A stretch of 63,190 nt of DNA, filler included, from Streblomastix strix (taxonomy: Eukaryota): NCBI GenBank assembly GCA_008636045.1. It is 4 parts of 4 records of this genome, joined end to end, with 100 filler letters (N's around TTAATTAATTAA, not from the genome) between each part and the next. Parts side by side here need not be neighbours in the genome. Positions count along the whole stretch, not along the records: positions 47,496 to 63,190 come from SNRW01000949.1; 3 more parts are not named here. One strand, given 5' to 3'. Shown here piece by piece: positions 51,900-63,190 of the stretch. Under the pieces are notes generated by a model. The model did not search any database and was not told where the DNA came from. It saw nothing but the letters and a program-made list of their open reading frames with translations. Positions within the stretch are counted from its first letter, which is position 1, and the number at the start of each line of letters is the position of its first letter. A program made the position numbers and the translations under genes.

Positions 51900-54860
51900 T
51901 CTGCTAAAATACTGGATGTTAATTTTGCATCTTGGCCTTTCGCGATTATACTACACTTTCAGAAGTTATGTCAATCATATTATGTCTATATCCATTTTGC
52001 TTCCTCTATTCTGATTTTTATTTTGCAATTTCAAGTATTTATAATTCTCTTAAAAGTTTGATTGTTTCAAGATTTCCTCTCAAACGACCTAGTTTTCGTC
52101 TTAATTCGGAGAAATTCCTTTCGCAGCTCGCATCAGAAGTTGGACAATTCTTGAGTTTTAATGCAATCCGTCCAAATTCAACAGTCCCATTTGTTGCATA
52201 TTTCAATTAATTCCAGAAAGGAACTCTCTTTTATAGAAACAATTCTTTCTGCTACTGTAGTTAACGCCCTTACCAAAACTTATCTGCAACATCTTACACA
52301 TCAGAGATATTCATTAATTATTCACCTAATACGATTTCTCTGAAGGCTTGCTATATCTTAATACAGAAATTTATATATATTAATTATTCCTAAGAATATT
52401 TTTCAATTAATTTGATTTTCTTCCTTAATTTTAATTTTTTTCTTTTGTTTCCTAATATTTGGTATCTTTCATTTATTAGTCTTTTGCATTTCATTTTGAT
52501 TATTTTAATTATTCTCCTCTAAATCATTTTCTTTCTGTAAATTATTAGAACTATTTGCCTAATCTTACTCATGAATTTCTATTTAATCATTAGATTGATA
52601 ATAATAATTTTGCTCTTATAATTCATTTAATTCATCTTACTACATTTCTAACTATCCATAAGTTATGCATATAGAACTTATTTGATGTATAATTTAGTTT
52701 AATATGGTTTGTATTTGTTTACTAGACTCTTTTATCAATTAATCTGCATTTAAATTTAACAATTATTAAATATCTTATTTTCTATTCTTAACCTGTTTTT
52801 GCATTTCAGGGTATTGATTATTGACTATTTCATCTTTAACGATGAGATTGAGAATAGTCATGCTCATAGTTTAGGATTAGGTCAGTGTATACTTATACAA
52901 TTATGGCACATATGCGACCAATTGAAATTACTGATTTAATATTTCATTAAGGAGAATAATTGCATTTATACTTGAATTGTAATTACTTGCTGATTAAACA
53001 CATTATTTTTAATCGAGTTATGAAGTAGTATTGAGCTAGCCAAGTGATTGATTTGTTACTTTATACAATTTAATTGTTCCTTATAGAAAATTAATTTCAC
53101 TGTCAAGCTTTTATTGAATTTGTGTTAGAATAATTGATGGAATATTTTGATCTGGTAATTGAAATGAAAGTTTTGGGTAGAGATGATAGATAGTTGATTA
53201 TACATTAATAGATTACAAATTCCTCTTCTGCATGGCTTCCTAGCCACATGGAGTTAGTGAATAAAAGATTAAAATTATATTTTTATATTATGATGCTAAA
53301 GTCATTTAATGTAATTCATTTTCAATGGTTTCGATGATTTATATCCATGGATTCATTTTGAAGAGAATGTTTTATTTTAACAAATTATAATATGAGAATG
53401 TTTGTAGAAGAAAAGGAAATGTAAGTTCTAATGTAGATTTATCGCCTTCAAGTATCTCAATTGGTACTTGTAATGGTTCAAGACAGTAGTAAAGATGATA
53501 TGCATCTGAAATATTTTAGTCATATTAATTATCATATATTCTTTTGATATTATCCTATTATTATAATATATATATTATTGCTCGCAATATACATATCCAT
53601 TGCGTTTTCAACATTGTAGGACATCTTGATTTCAGTAGTTTTTTGATTTTGTCATTACGAAAAGCTATAATTAATTAATTTACTGAAGCAATTCTTTACT
53701 CAAATATAAGAAGATTCTTATTTTAATGTTTGAAGATTAAATCAATGCGATGACATAGACAGTGAAGTGAAAGTGGTCTTGATTGTAGAGGATATTTATT
53801 CGACTTTCTGAAAGAATTTCTAAGTTTGTAATTTAGTCCTTCTTAACTGTTAATATTCGTTGCAAATTCATTATGCAGGGCAACCTTCAGCAACGATAAA
53901 ACCAATGAATATTTCGTATTCTTCAACAATTTAGATGCATTCTAATAGAAAATCAGAATAATTGTTACCTGTACTTAAATAATCTTTCAGATTGATAGGA
54001 TATGGTTTGAAATCATCCTAAGAGGTGATTAATGGACATAAGGGGTCCGAATTTTATAAATGTGCTGCATCATCTAAGACTAGAGCTCCGTGGCAAGATA
54101 TTGTCATTTTTAACTCTTTTTTTCCTTCTTTTAGCAATAACCGGGCATTGCTAAATTCAACTTGTTTCAGTTAAATGTCTTCATAGGAATTGTATGAGTT
54201 CGTCCAGATTGCTCTGCTAAAGCTAATGAATACTAGACTTCATCAGAACCTTGAAGCGAATAATTTACATCCTTTACTAATATATTTATTTATTATTAAC
54301 AATTATATAATAAATTATTTAATTAATAATTAAATATTAGTTACTACATTTACAATTAATGATTGATATTTAATGAATATAGTATATACAAACTTGCAAT
54401 TACATTCAGTTATGATTCAAGAAATTCTTATTCGTCCACGGTTTAAGGATCATCAAATATAATTCATTTGCTCATCATAGATTAAATATCTCTTTCTTTT
54501 GGCAAATTGCAGTCATGGCTCAATAAAGTTGTTGAATTTGAAGAAAATGTTTCTTCATATAAACAGAATGTATCCCCATCGTTACATATACACATAACTT
54601 TCTTTTTTGCATTATTCGTTCCTATTGCACCTTTCACACATAGCGCAAATTTCATATAGCGCCTTTCTCTCTATGCGTTAAATTTTTAATAAGTCTAGTA
54701 ACAACCAGAAGTTGCAAGATACAGCATTACTTCATTAACTAAATATTAATAGAATTCTTTAAAGGTAAAAAATATATGTTTAAAAATTCTTAAATACCAT
54801 TAATATTCTCATCAAACAATCGATTAAAATCAAAGAAATCGCATTCGCATTTTCACTAGA
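51900..54860 (-). pseudogene. hAT transposase 1 (intron-containing, decayed)
   Basis: BED-finger-like VMCICNDGDTFC...STTLLSHDC; GALVLDD; IGFIVAEG; LHCLCHRIDLIFK (CxxH); CPTMLKTQW; LEPLQVPIEILEGDKSTL; C-terminal IALKLKNCPTSDASCERNFSELRR (~52100-52170); several stops and frameshifts. Confidence 0.85.
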
Positions 54861-55119
54861 CAGGTCTTCGCTTTTCTGCTATTGATTCAGTAAAAATATA
54901 AACAATTTATGATAATAAATGTGTAAAACCTGTTAGTATTTAAAATTGAATGTATTTTGTAGATTTTCAAATTGATTGTCAGTCAAAATTATACGAAATG
55001 TGAAAAAAATAATTTTATGAGTACTTTACGTATAATAAATATAAATATATTAATAAAATTTATTTATTGAAATCAAAATAAATAATTATATTTTCGGAAA
55101 TTATATTTAAATCAAGGAA

Positions 55120-56220
55120 TTATTGGAAATCTGGAAAAGTTATCTTTTAAATGCTCAAGCGGTTTCAAGAATTTTAAGACTAAGAGAAACCTTTGCTATA
55201 GTAAAATTTACTTATCCAAAATTCATTAAAAATCGCTGGCTGTCTTTAAGTAAAATTACAAATTTTGATATTAAAAAAAGCTAATAAGATTTAACTATTT
55301 TATCTCCAAAATAATTTTAAGATATTCTACAATTAGACTAAATAATTTCTCCTCTTCGCAGTTTTAATGGTAATGTTGAAGGAGATTTGATTAACATTTC
55401 ATAAATTCAACTTATTATAAGTATCCTCATAAATAACATATTTTGTAATTTAAATTAAATATTGATTAAAATCACAAAAAAACAATTTCAATAATAACTG
55501 ATTTAGTAAAAAAACATTTATTAAATAATCCAGACATATTTATTTCAAATTCAATTATAGTCGAAGCAATTTAACAACTAAATTAAAAGAATTTCTTTAT
55601 TTGTGAAAAAAATTAATTTATATGGTGAAACTGATGAAGAGGAAGAAATATTGGAATAATTAGATGATAAATTAGAATAAGTAGTTGAATAACAATTGGC
55701 AAAATAGCAGTATTTAAAATAAACATTGGATAAAAAAAAGTGATTCAGATTAATAAATAAACGATTAAGATTATTCTTCAGAAAACGAGGAAATGAAATA
55801 TGATTAACCAATTCAAAAAACTTATCCATCATAATTAATAAAATTCTTATTATTATTAATTAACAAATTGAAGAGTATTAATATGTTTATTACTTATCTA
55901 AAGCTGCAACAGAATTAATGAATAAAATCTTCATAAATGAATAATCAAATTCAATCTATGATAAACTATAATAACTTGGATAGTTATGGATTAACAATAA
56001 ACGAGTGCTAGGAATTACTTAAACAAACAATGATATAAGATCTTTTTGGGTTTCACGGCTATTCTTACTAATGAATAAAAATTTGCTACAAATTTTGCAT
56101 TAAAAATCCTATCATTAACTACAACAGAAGCTTGTTGTGAAATAAAAATTGGATTAACAAGAATGATTGTCAGGAAGAGAAGAGAAAGAAAAGATAATAA
56201 ATCATTACTAAGAATAATAT
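55120..56220 (+). pseudogene. hAT transposase 2 (partial, decayed, divergent orientation)
   Basis: PKFIKNRWLSL (~55215-55250) and RSFW...NFALKILSLTTTEACCE...RMIVRKRR (~56040-56185), resembling the RW motif and the hAT dimerisation domain. Confidence 0.65.
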
Positions 56221-58099
56221 GAAGAAGATTTAAACAATTATATATTAATCACGATTTGAATAATTTAATTGCTCCAAATTCTATTGATAGTTTTTATCTA
56301 TTGTAAAAAATTAGTATTGGTAGTTAATTAATATTTATAATTCCTGATTTATATAATAAATAAAAAAAAAGAAAATAAAAAAAAATTATACTGGATATTT
56401 ATTAATCATTTATTTTTACTTTTTGAACCTCACAATTTATTTATAGTTATAAAATGAAATATTATTAATAAAAAACTTAATAAACATAGATAATTCATCT
56501 ATTATCTGTTCATTTCTTACTTTAGCAACTTCTTCTACTTTTGCTTATGAATATCTTCCAAATGTTATAAAAAAATTATTCATTAATATCTAAATATGTG
56601 TATTCAAAGTATCAGAAAATAAAATTTCTATTATCAATATTATTGTTGGAATATCGACATTCATTTATGAATTAATTCGATGAAGAATTATTATTATTAA
56701 TTATATTAATTGAATGTAGTATTTAAATAAGAATATTATTATGAAATTGCTTAATATTTTTAATAATAACAATAATATTTTTTATAATAAACGTAATACT
56801 AATAATAATAACAATAGTAATTAAAAATGCTTCATACCTAATTTTTTAATTCAGAATGATTCCAGATTGAATTCGAATTTATTATAATTAGTTCATTCTC
56901 ATACCCACTATAAATATTCATTCATTCTATTCGACGCTTATTATGTATCTTTATATTATTTTCACGTAGTCTGAAAAAATAATTAAAATAAATATTTTTA
57001 TTACAAAAGATATTTATAACTCATATATATTGGCAAATAAGTCATCAAGATCATGACTAATGCGCAATAATTTATCTTCATATATACTTTTAATAATTCT
57101 TCACTATTTATCGGCCTTATGTATTTCTAGTATAATGAATTATCAAGTTTTTATCGAAGTGTAACTTTTTTTTTAATTTGAAAGACGAATTTATTCTTGT
57201 TTGTCTTTATTAATTGAATACTCCAATAAAAACATATTTAATTGTATAATAATAAATAAATGTATAATAAAAATATAAAAAAATTATATATATTGATGAA
57301 AAAAATAGAATTATGCATAAAAAATGAATTATTTAAATATAAATATAATATATAATAATATATTTAATATTCATTTAGAATAGTAGATACTTTTATAGCA
57401 AATTACGAAATTTTTGAAAAATTCATATAAATAATAGATAAATGAGGTTAAATACAAAGCAAAAAAAATTAAAAAATATATTATTCTAATAAAAAAATGT
57501 GAATTAAATCAAAATTCATTATCAAATATATTATTAAATACTTGCCAAAAAAATAGTTTTTGCTAACCTGAAAAATCAACACTTACAAGTCCCAACATAC
57601 CAAATCTGCAAAAACAGACCAACTTATGCTTAAAAAAAACCCTGATATATGATAAGTTAAAAATCATAAATATTCGTTTATATTGAAATTAAATATAATA
57701 ATATTACAATCTTATATAAGAATCAGGGGTAAAAAACTAATTATTGGAAAACCGATATCATCAGAGATAGCATTGTTTGTGAACTTCGATACTTCAAAAT
57801 TCACCACAAAAACGTCAATCGCAACCATTTTATGCTAACCCTTAATACAATCAACTATTACATGAATGGTTAAACTGTTAAGTACTAACTGGCAGCACAT
57901 GTAATTGTAAAAAGCGACGTAACGTACAAAGATGCAATTAAAATCATTTATTTGCTGTTTAAAATCAATATATTTGTCCAAGGAAGAGACAAGATCAAGA
58001 AATATCGCTAGGGAAAACCATCAGAAATCTGAAAACAAACAATGAGACCAATATTAAATTAAAACGAGAACCGGACTTTCGAACAGAACCAAGAAACAC

Positions 58100-59500
58100 A
58101 AATTTCTGGAATATATGCACATGACGGAGGACCAAACGACATGGCCACACTGAACATATGCACTAATAAAAGCAGCCGGATCTTAAACGCTAAACAGACA
58201 AATTAATAATAAACAAGTTAATTTTCCTCCTTCATTGAATACAATGTAGGAAATACCAAAAATACCGGATGCATTGACAAAATGTTTCACTAAAGATCAT
58301 ACATACAGATGAGTGTTGAAAGTATTCGACCTAATGTCAGTGAGAAAGGACGAAGTTGGACAATACATGACAAGGTTTAGCCCTAAAATACGGTATGCAA
58401 TAGATTGGAGAAAGTCTAAATAGTCAGGAATTGAACTGCAATTAACACCAAATTTTGGGTGTAAGAAATATAGGGATAAAATATAAGTAACTGCACTTTG
58501 GGAGAATTTAAAAGCAAGCATTCATACCTCTGAAGTATGAAATGCATTTAATGATCAATAATAGCCAAATATTGGAATGGATGGAATTAATTAATTCCCA
58601 TTCTATAATGATGAATGGATTGACGAAGGATTATCGCAGAGAGTGGAATTATTAGAAGCTCAGACATTAGGAGATAAGAAAACAGCAGTTTATAAGAAGA
58701 GAACGTTTCGTGTTATTCCTTTCTGCTAACCCAGATACTATGGAAGGAGAGATGCATATACAATTGAGTCAGTGGGTCCTGAAAGATATGACGTCCAAAC
58801 AATGCAGATAGGGAATCCATGGTAATACACCACTCATGAACTGTCATGGACTTTCTAAATTAAATCTAATACTGGGATGGATTTAAACTATGAATCAACT
58901 TCTTAGATCTTCTTCATTATTAAAGCAGATAAAGCAACTGATATTCATTTGCATTTTATAATGATCCAATTGAAAGAAGTGAACGTTAATCCAGCAGTTA
59001 AGTTTCAAGTAGTGAAATTGGGTGGTCAATAACTTGTGAATGAATCTGCTATTGCTTTGAGGTTATCTGGAGCTGCAGAAAGAGGACAATGGGAGAGGAA
59101 TAATGTATGAAATATATTAATTAATTATTAGTATGGTTGTTTATATTAATTAATTATTAATATTGTTGTTTATATTAATTTCTGTTCATATTATTTTAGG
59201 ATCAAGATATGAAAATGGAAGATACAAATTTAGCAACTAGGATTATATATTCATAGCTCTATCCTTAAGCTAGTGGATAAGTACGAAACACTTAATATAA
59301 ATTTATTATTAATATTTATTATTAATATTTTTTGTCAGTATAAACCTGGTTGGGCTATGAAAAATAAAGGATCTGGTAAATTAGAAGATGACGCATATTA
59401 TGGATTGTGTGTGAATGCAGGGAGATGGACAGGTCCAACATTGACTCTTGTTGCCTTTGTGTGGTCCAATTCTAATTTGCACATGTACAGGATTGGTTGA
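58100..59500 (+). pseudogene. Unknown aromatic/beta-rich protein gene with two 3' introns and three in-frame TGA codons
   Basis: Frame KFLEYMHM...YAIDWRKSK...FYNDEWIDEGLSQRVELLE...GQWERNN, then two short exons ending LVAFVWSNSNLHMYRIG* (59500); TGA at 58151, 58310 and 58538. Confidence 0.55.
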
Positions 59501-59849
59501 ACGGTTGTTAAATAGCACTTCATGTTAAAATATATTTTAATAAATTCTGAAGGAATTTGCGCGATGTGTTACAGCTTCAGTATCTAGTTAAACATGTTCG
59601 TTACAGTATCAATAGTTTCGTCAATATTTTATCCAAAATTAAGAGCAATTTTAAACTCGACTTATCCCTTGGTAATGTATAAAACAGGCATTTATTTTTC
59701 TCACTGGATATTCTGAAATAAATTACATTGAAACATAAAATATTCTTAAGAACATTTTTATTTACGCAAAAATTTGGTGAAATTTTATATTGAATAATGA
59801 CAAATAATGTTTAAAATTATATTCAAGCAAACTAGATAAATTTTTATTT

Positions 59850-62754
59850 GCTGAAGTTTCAGGGTCCTCAGCAACGGATTATTCAACATTTCTTCGATTT
59901 GAGTTTTGCGTGGTATGTTTTTAAAATTAATATTAGAATCAAATTAAATTTAAATCTGCATTTTCATTGGGAATTACTGTAATTTTGGAAAATCATTGTT
60001 TTTACGTCAGCCAATCAGAATACTTGGTATATTAGTAATAATTTAGATTAAATTTTTATATACAATAATTATATTTATTGTTTTAGGAAAAGGTTCTTAC
60101 GGATGGTATGCGCGGCTTATTATTTTTAATTTTATTATTTTCGTTTACTTTTTTTCACTAAAGTGTCTTTCTTGCATATTATTAAAGAGAAGGAATTGTT
60201 GCATTGAAGTTATTTTAAAAAGAAAAATTTGATTTAAGGGAAATTTAAACCTTTGATCAATTAATAAAGTATATTTTCATATTTTTTACTAATTTTTTTT
60301 TTATTTCATTTAATTTAAATAAAAGAGAGAATAAATCGAATATTTTTATATTAAAAATCTTGGGAGTGAATACTTCAGCAATTTTCCCTCAACTTATGTT
60401 GGAATACGCTAACATGAAGGTTTTATAACTTTTTTTTATTTTTCTAATCATTCTCATTTTATTTTTTTCTCTTTAGACTTTTGATATAATTGCAAAGTTA
60501 CCACATATTTTTATTCCATCATATACACTTCGTGCATTGATGAAACAAACCTGTTTGTATTTATATTTTCTAGTTTTAATTCATTTTTCTTTTTCTTTTT
60601 TTAATTTTTGATAGTTGAAGGAATGCGAGCGTTTCATTCATCTGGTTTTGTCCACAGGTATTATTATTAATATTTACTTAACTAATAATATATGAATGTT
60701 TATTCAGAGATATCAAATGTGATAATATTTTGATGAACAGTCCGCCTGGCACTGGACGAGTTCATGTTAAGATTTCTGATTTCGGACTTTCAAAAAAGGA
60801 AGATCTGGAAAGTAAATTTACATATGCTGCTGGGTTTGATTGGAATAATCGTTTATTATTAATTTGTTGATATTTATTTCATTATATCCTTTCAGTACTC
60901 TTCCTTATATGGTATAATTCATTTAAATATTTTATTACTTTAAATTAAAAATTGAAAATTCATAACCAAGGTACTAAATTTCACAATAATTTTATTTATT
61001 AGTCACCAGAACTTTATTAATTCCCAATAAGATCAACTCAAAAAGTAGATATGTATGCTCTTGGTATCACATTTTATCATCTTCTGACACATTAATATCC
61101 TATGAACTATAAACAATTTGAGGATTATCAAATGTTTGCAAAATAATATTCTATCTAATACTATTTATAAATTTATTACAGTGCTTTGAAAGACATCAAA
61201 TTCATTGATCGACCTGATGAAATAAAAGATAATCTTTTATGGGACCTTATATCAAAATTATTAGAGTTTGATCCAAATAAAAGAATTACTGCTGCTGAAG
61301 CACTTTAGCATCCATATTTCACATCACCTAAAGCAATTGCTGATGTTTCGAAAGAATAATAAGATCTTGCGTCATTAGCAGCCGTTGCTTAATTAGATGG
61401 AGATTAAAACATAACAGAATTTGATAAAGATCCTACTTTCATTGTTGCTGAAACTGTTATTAAATAATTTATACTTAATTACATCCAAAGTATTCAACCG
61501 AAATAATAAAATAACATTGAAAAATAAAAGAGTGAAGAAGAAAAGTAATCTTAAAAAGAAGAAGAAATGATGAAACTTACAAAATAGATATCTCTTAAAA
61601 ATGATGATGATATTGAATAAAGTTAATAATCATTTTCTTAATCTAAATTATAATAATAATTTGAATAAAATTTAGAATTTTAATCTACTTATGAATAATA
61701 ATCTTAATCATCTTCTCAAGAAAATTTATTTTCTCAATCATAAAAATCAGATATTGAATAATTTTAATCTTAATCATAATCTAAAAATTTAAACATTCAA
61801 GTTCAAAATGAAGAATCAATTTACAGTATTCATGAACATTCAATACCTAAAGTCAATTCAAAATCAGCTTCATTATTATATTTTGCAACAGAAGAATAAA
61901 TATAAGCTGAGAGAGATTTACTTGAATTGAATATGAATCTGGAAGAAATCAAAGAGAAATTTGAGAAATTTTCTAATTTATCTTTTCTTGAACGTGATGT
62001 TGTTTGTGCGAATCTCTTAAATCATATTAATGGAAACAAATAAAATTGTATCAAAGCAGAATAACTTGGAATCATTGATATTATCTTACATATTATGAAT
62101 ACATTTCCACTTGAAATAATATATCCGATATATTATTAAGGATTATTTAAATGTATTGAATAAAATTCATAAATTGAATAAAATACTCATTATAGAGAAG
62201 AAATATTAAAATGGATAAAGAAATTTCTAAATTGTAATAATGAGGTAATATTACTGTATTATCTATATCATAATGAAGAATTATTTTTTAAAATGATCTT
62301 TAATGATTATAAAATAAATCATATTCCATTAAGAGAAGAAATGAAATCAAATGGAACACTAACAAAATTAATTGAAATATTCCGGAATGGTAAATATTTA
62401 AATAAAGATCTTAATATATTTGCTGCATGTTTCATTGGAAAGTTATATTATAATTCTCCGCTTCCAAATGAATTTAGATCCGATATCATCAATTGCATTA
62501 AAAGTTCTATAATAAATTTTGACTGTTAATTATCCCTCCAATAATTTTCAACTCTTTAATATATCACATCTTCCACTTAGCATCATGAATTGATTGTTGC
62601 TAATGGGTTTCTATCAGTTTTGAATGAATATCTTTAACTATAATCTTAATAGAACAGCGATTACTTTAGCTGTATTGTTCATATTCTACTTACTTTATTT
62701 AAGACTGATTCAGAGTAGATAAAATATTTGGTTATGAGAGATGTTTCTTATTGA
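59850..62754 (+). CDS. Ser/Thr protein kinase, intron-rich, followed by a Gln-rich linker and ARM-like helical region; start codon unclear
   Basis: PIRILGKGSYGCVFLA, VALK, MLEYANM, VHRDIKCDNIL, VKISDFGLSK, GTLPYMSPE, KVDMYALGITFY, KRITAAEALQHPYF; first in-frame TGA 62752-62754, with coding-like sequence continuing to the window end. Confidence 0.9.
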
Positions 62755-63190
62755 AAAATTGAACATCTTTCTTTTGAAATTAATGAATATAAGAAAAGAT
62801 AAGCAAAAGAATTATATTAATTAATGAATTAATATAATCATTAAAAGCAAAAACATCATATTCTAAAAAATATTTAAACAAATAAATAACTTTAATATTC
62901 GTTATAAAAATAGAGCATCATTAAAAAAATTGAAAATTTAAAAGATTTTAAAATAAAGTAATAATAATAAGAAGAAAAAGGAAAAGTAAATAAGATAGTT
63001 AATTCAATTGAATTTACGAAATTAATTGAGCATGAGAAAATGAATGAAGAAGAATATGAATTTTATAATTGTTAAGAAGAAAAAATGAATTCAATTATAA
63101 AAGAAGGAAAATATAAAAGTTCAGAAAAAAGAATGAAAATAATTGAATAAGGGGGATTGAAAGAGATTTGCAAAGTGATTCATTCATCAT

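Larger units (their letters stand above)
50508..57644. mobile_element. hAT-superfamily DNA transposon unit (~7.1 kb) with CAG...CTG termini and target-site duplication
   Basis: Left end CAGTGGTCAATTTAAG; right end reverse complement CAGGGTTTTTTTTAAG. Shared subterminal motifs aagttRgtctg and atgttRggact. ATATATGA at 50499-50506 and 57645-57652. hAT transposase motifs inside. Confidence 0.75.

Noticed and set aside
51150..51900. Possible extra domain (Ulp1-like WxxxxHID) downstream of hAT transposase 1
   Set aside because: Single weak motif in heavily decayed sequence; no catalytic residues seen
232..62529. Most ORFs in the supplied track, including hydrophobic Phe/Leu/Ile/Ser-rich ones at 37200-42500
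   Set aside because: Computed with TAA/TAG as stops. They are antisense or off-frame shadows, or fragments of the real genes

Overview
Very AT-rich eukaryotic DNA with many short GT-AG introns, using the non-standard nuclear code TAA/TAG=Gln with TGA as the only stop. The supplied standard-code ORF track is therefore mostly uninformative. Code, intron style and gene families suggest an oxymonad such as Streblomastix strix (inference). The window is four unrelated ~15.7 kb scaffolds (1-15742, 15843-31578, 31679-47395, 47496-63190) joined by artificial N44-TTAATTAATTAA-N44 spacers. Scaffold 1: a DIRS-type tyrosine-recombinase retrotransposon with recognisable ITRs and ICR that carries a MITE, a beta-helix/Cys-repeat surface protein, and a second, different YR retrotransposon. 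Scaffold 2: a Cys-rich membrane protein with a degenerate papain-like domain, a type IIB Ca2+ ATPase and a hypothetical gene. Scaffold 3: a papain-family protease gene head-to-head with a chagasin-like (I42) inhibitor gene, a PP5-like phosphatase with giant insertions, and an ARM/SPRY-like gene. Scaffold 4: a Pmp-like membrane protein, a 7.1 kb hAT-type unit with two divergent transposase relics and a target-site duplication, an unknown gene, and a Ser/Thr kinase. All translations were done by eye.
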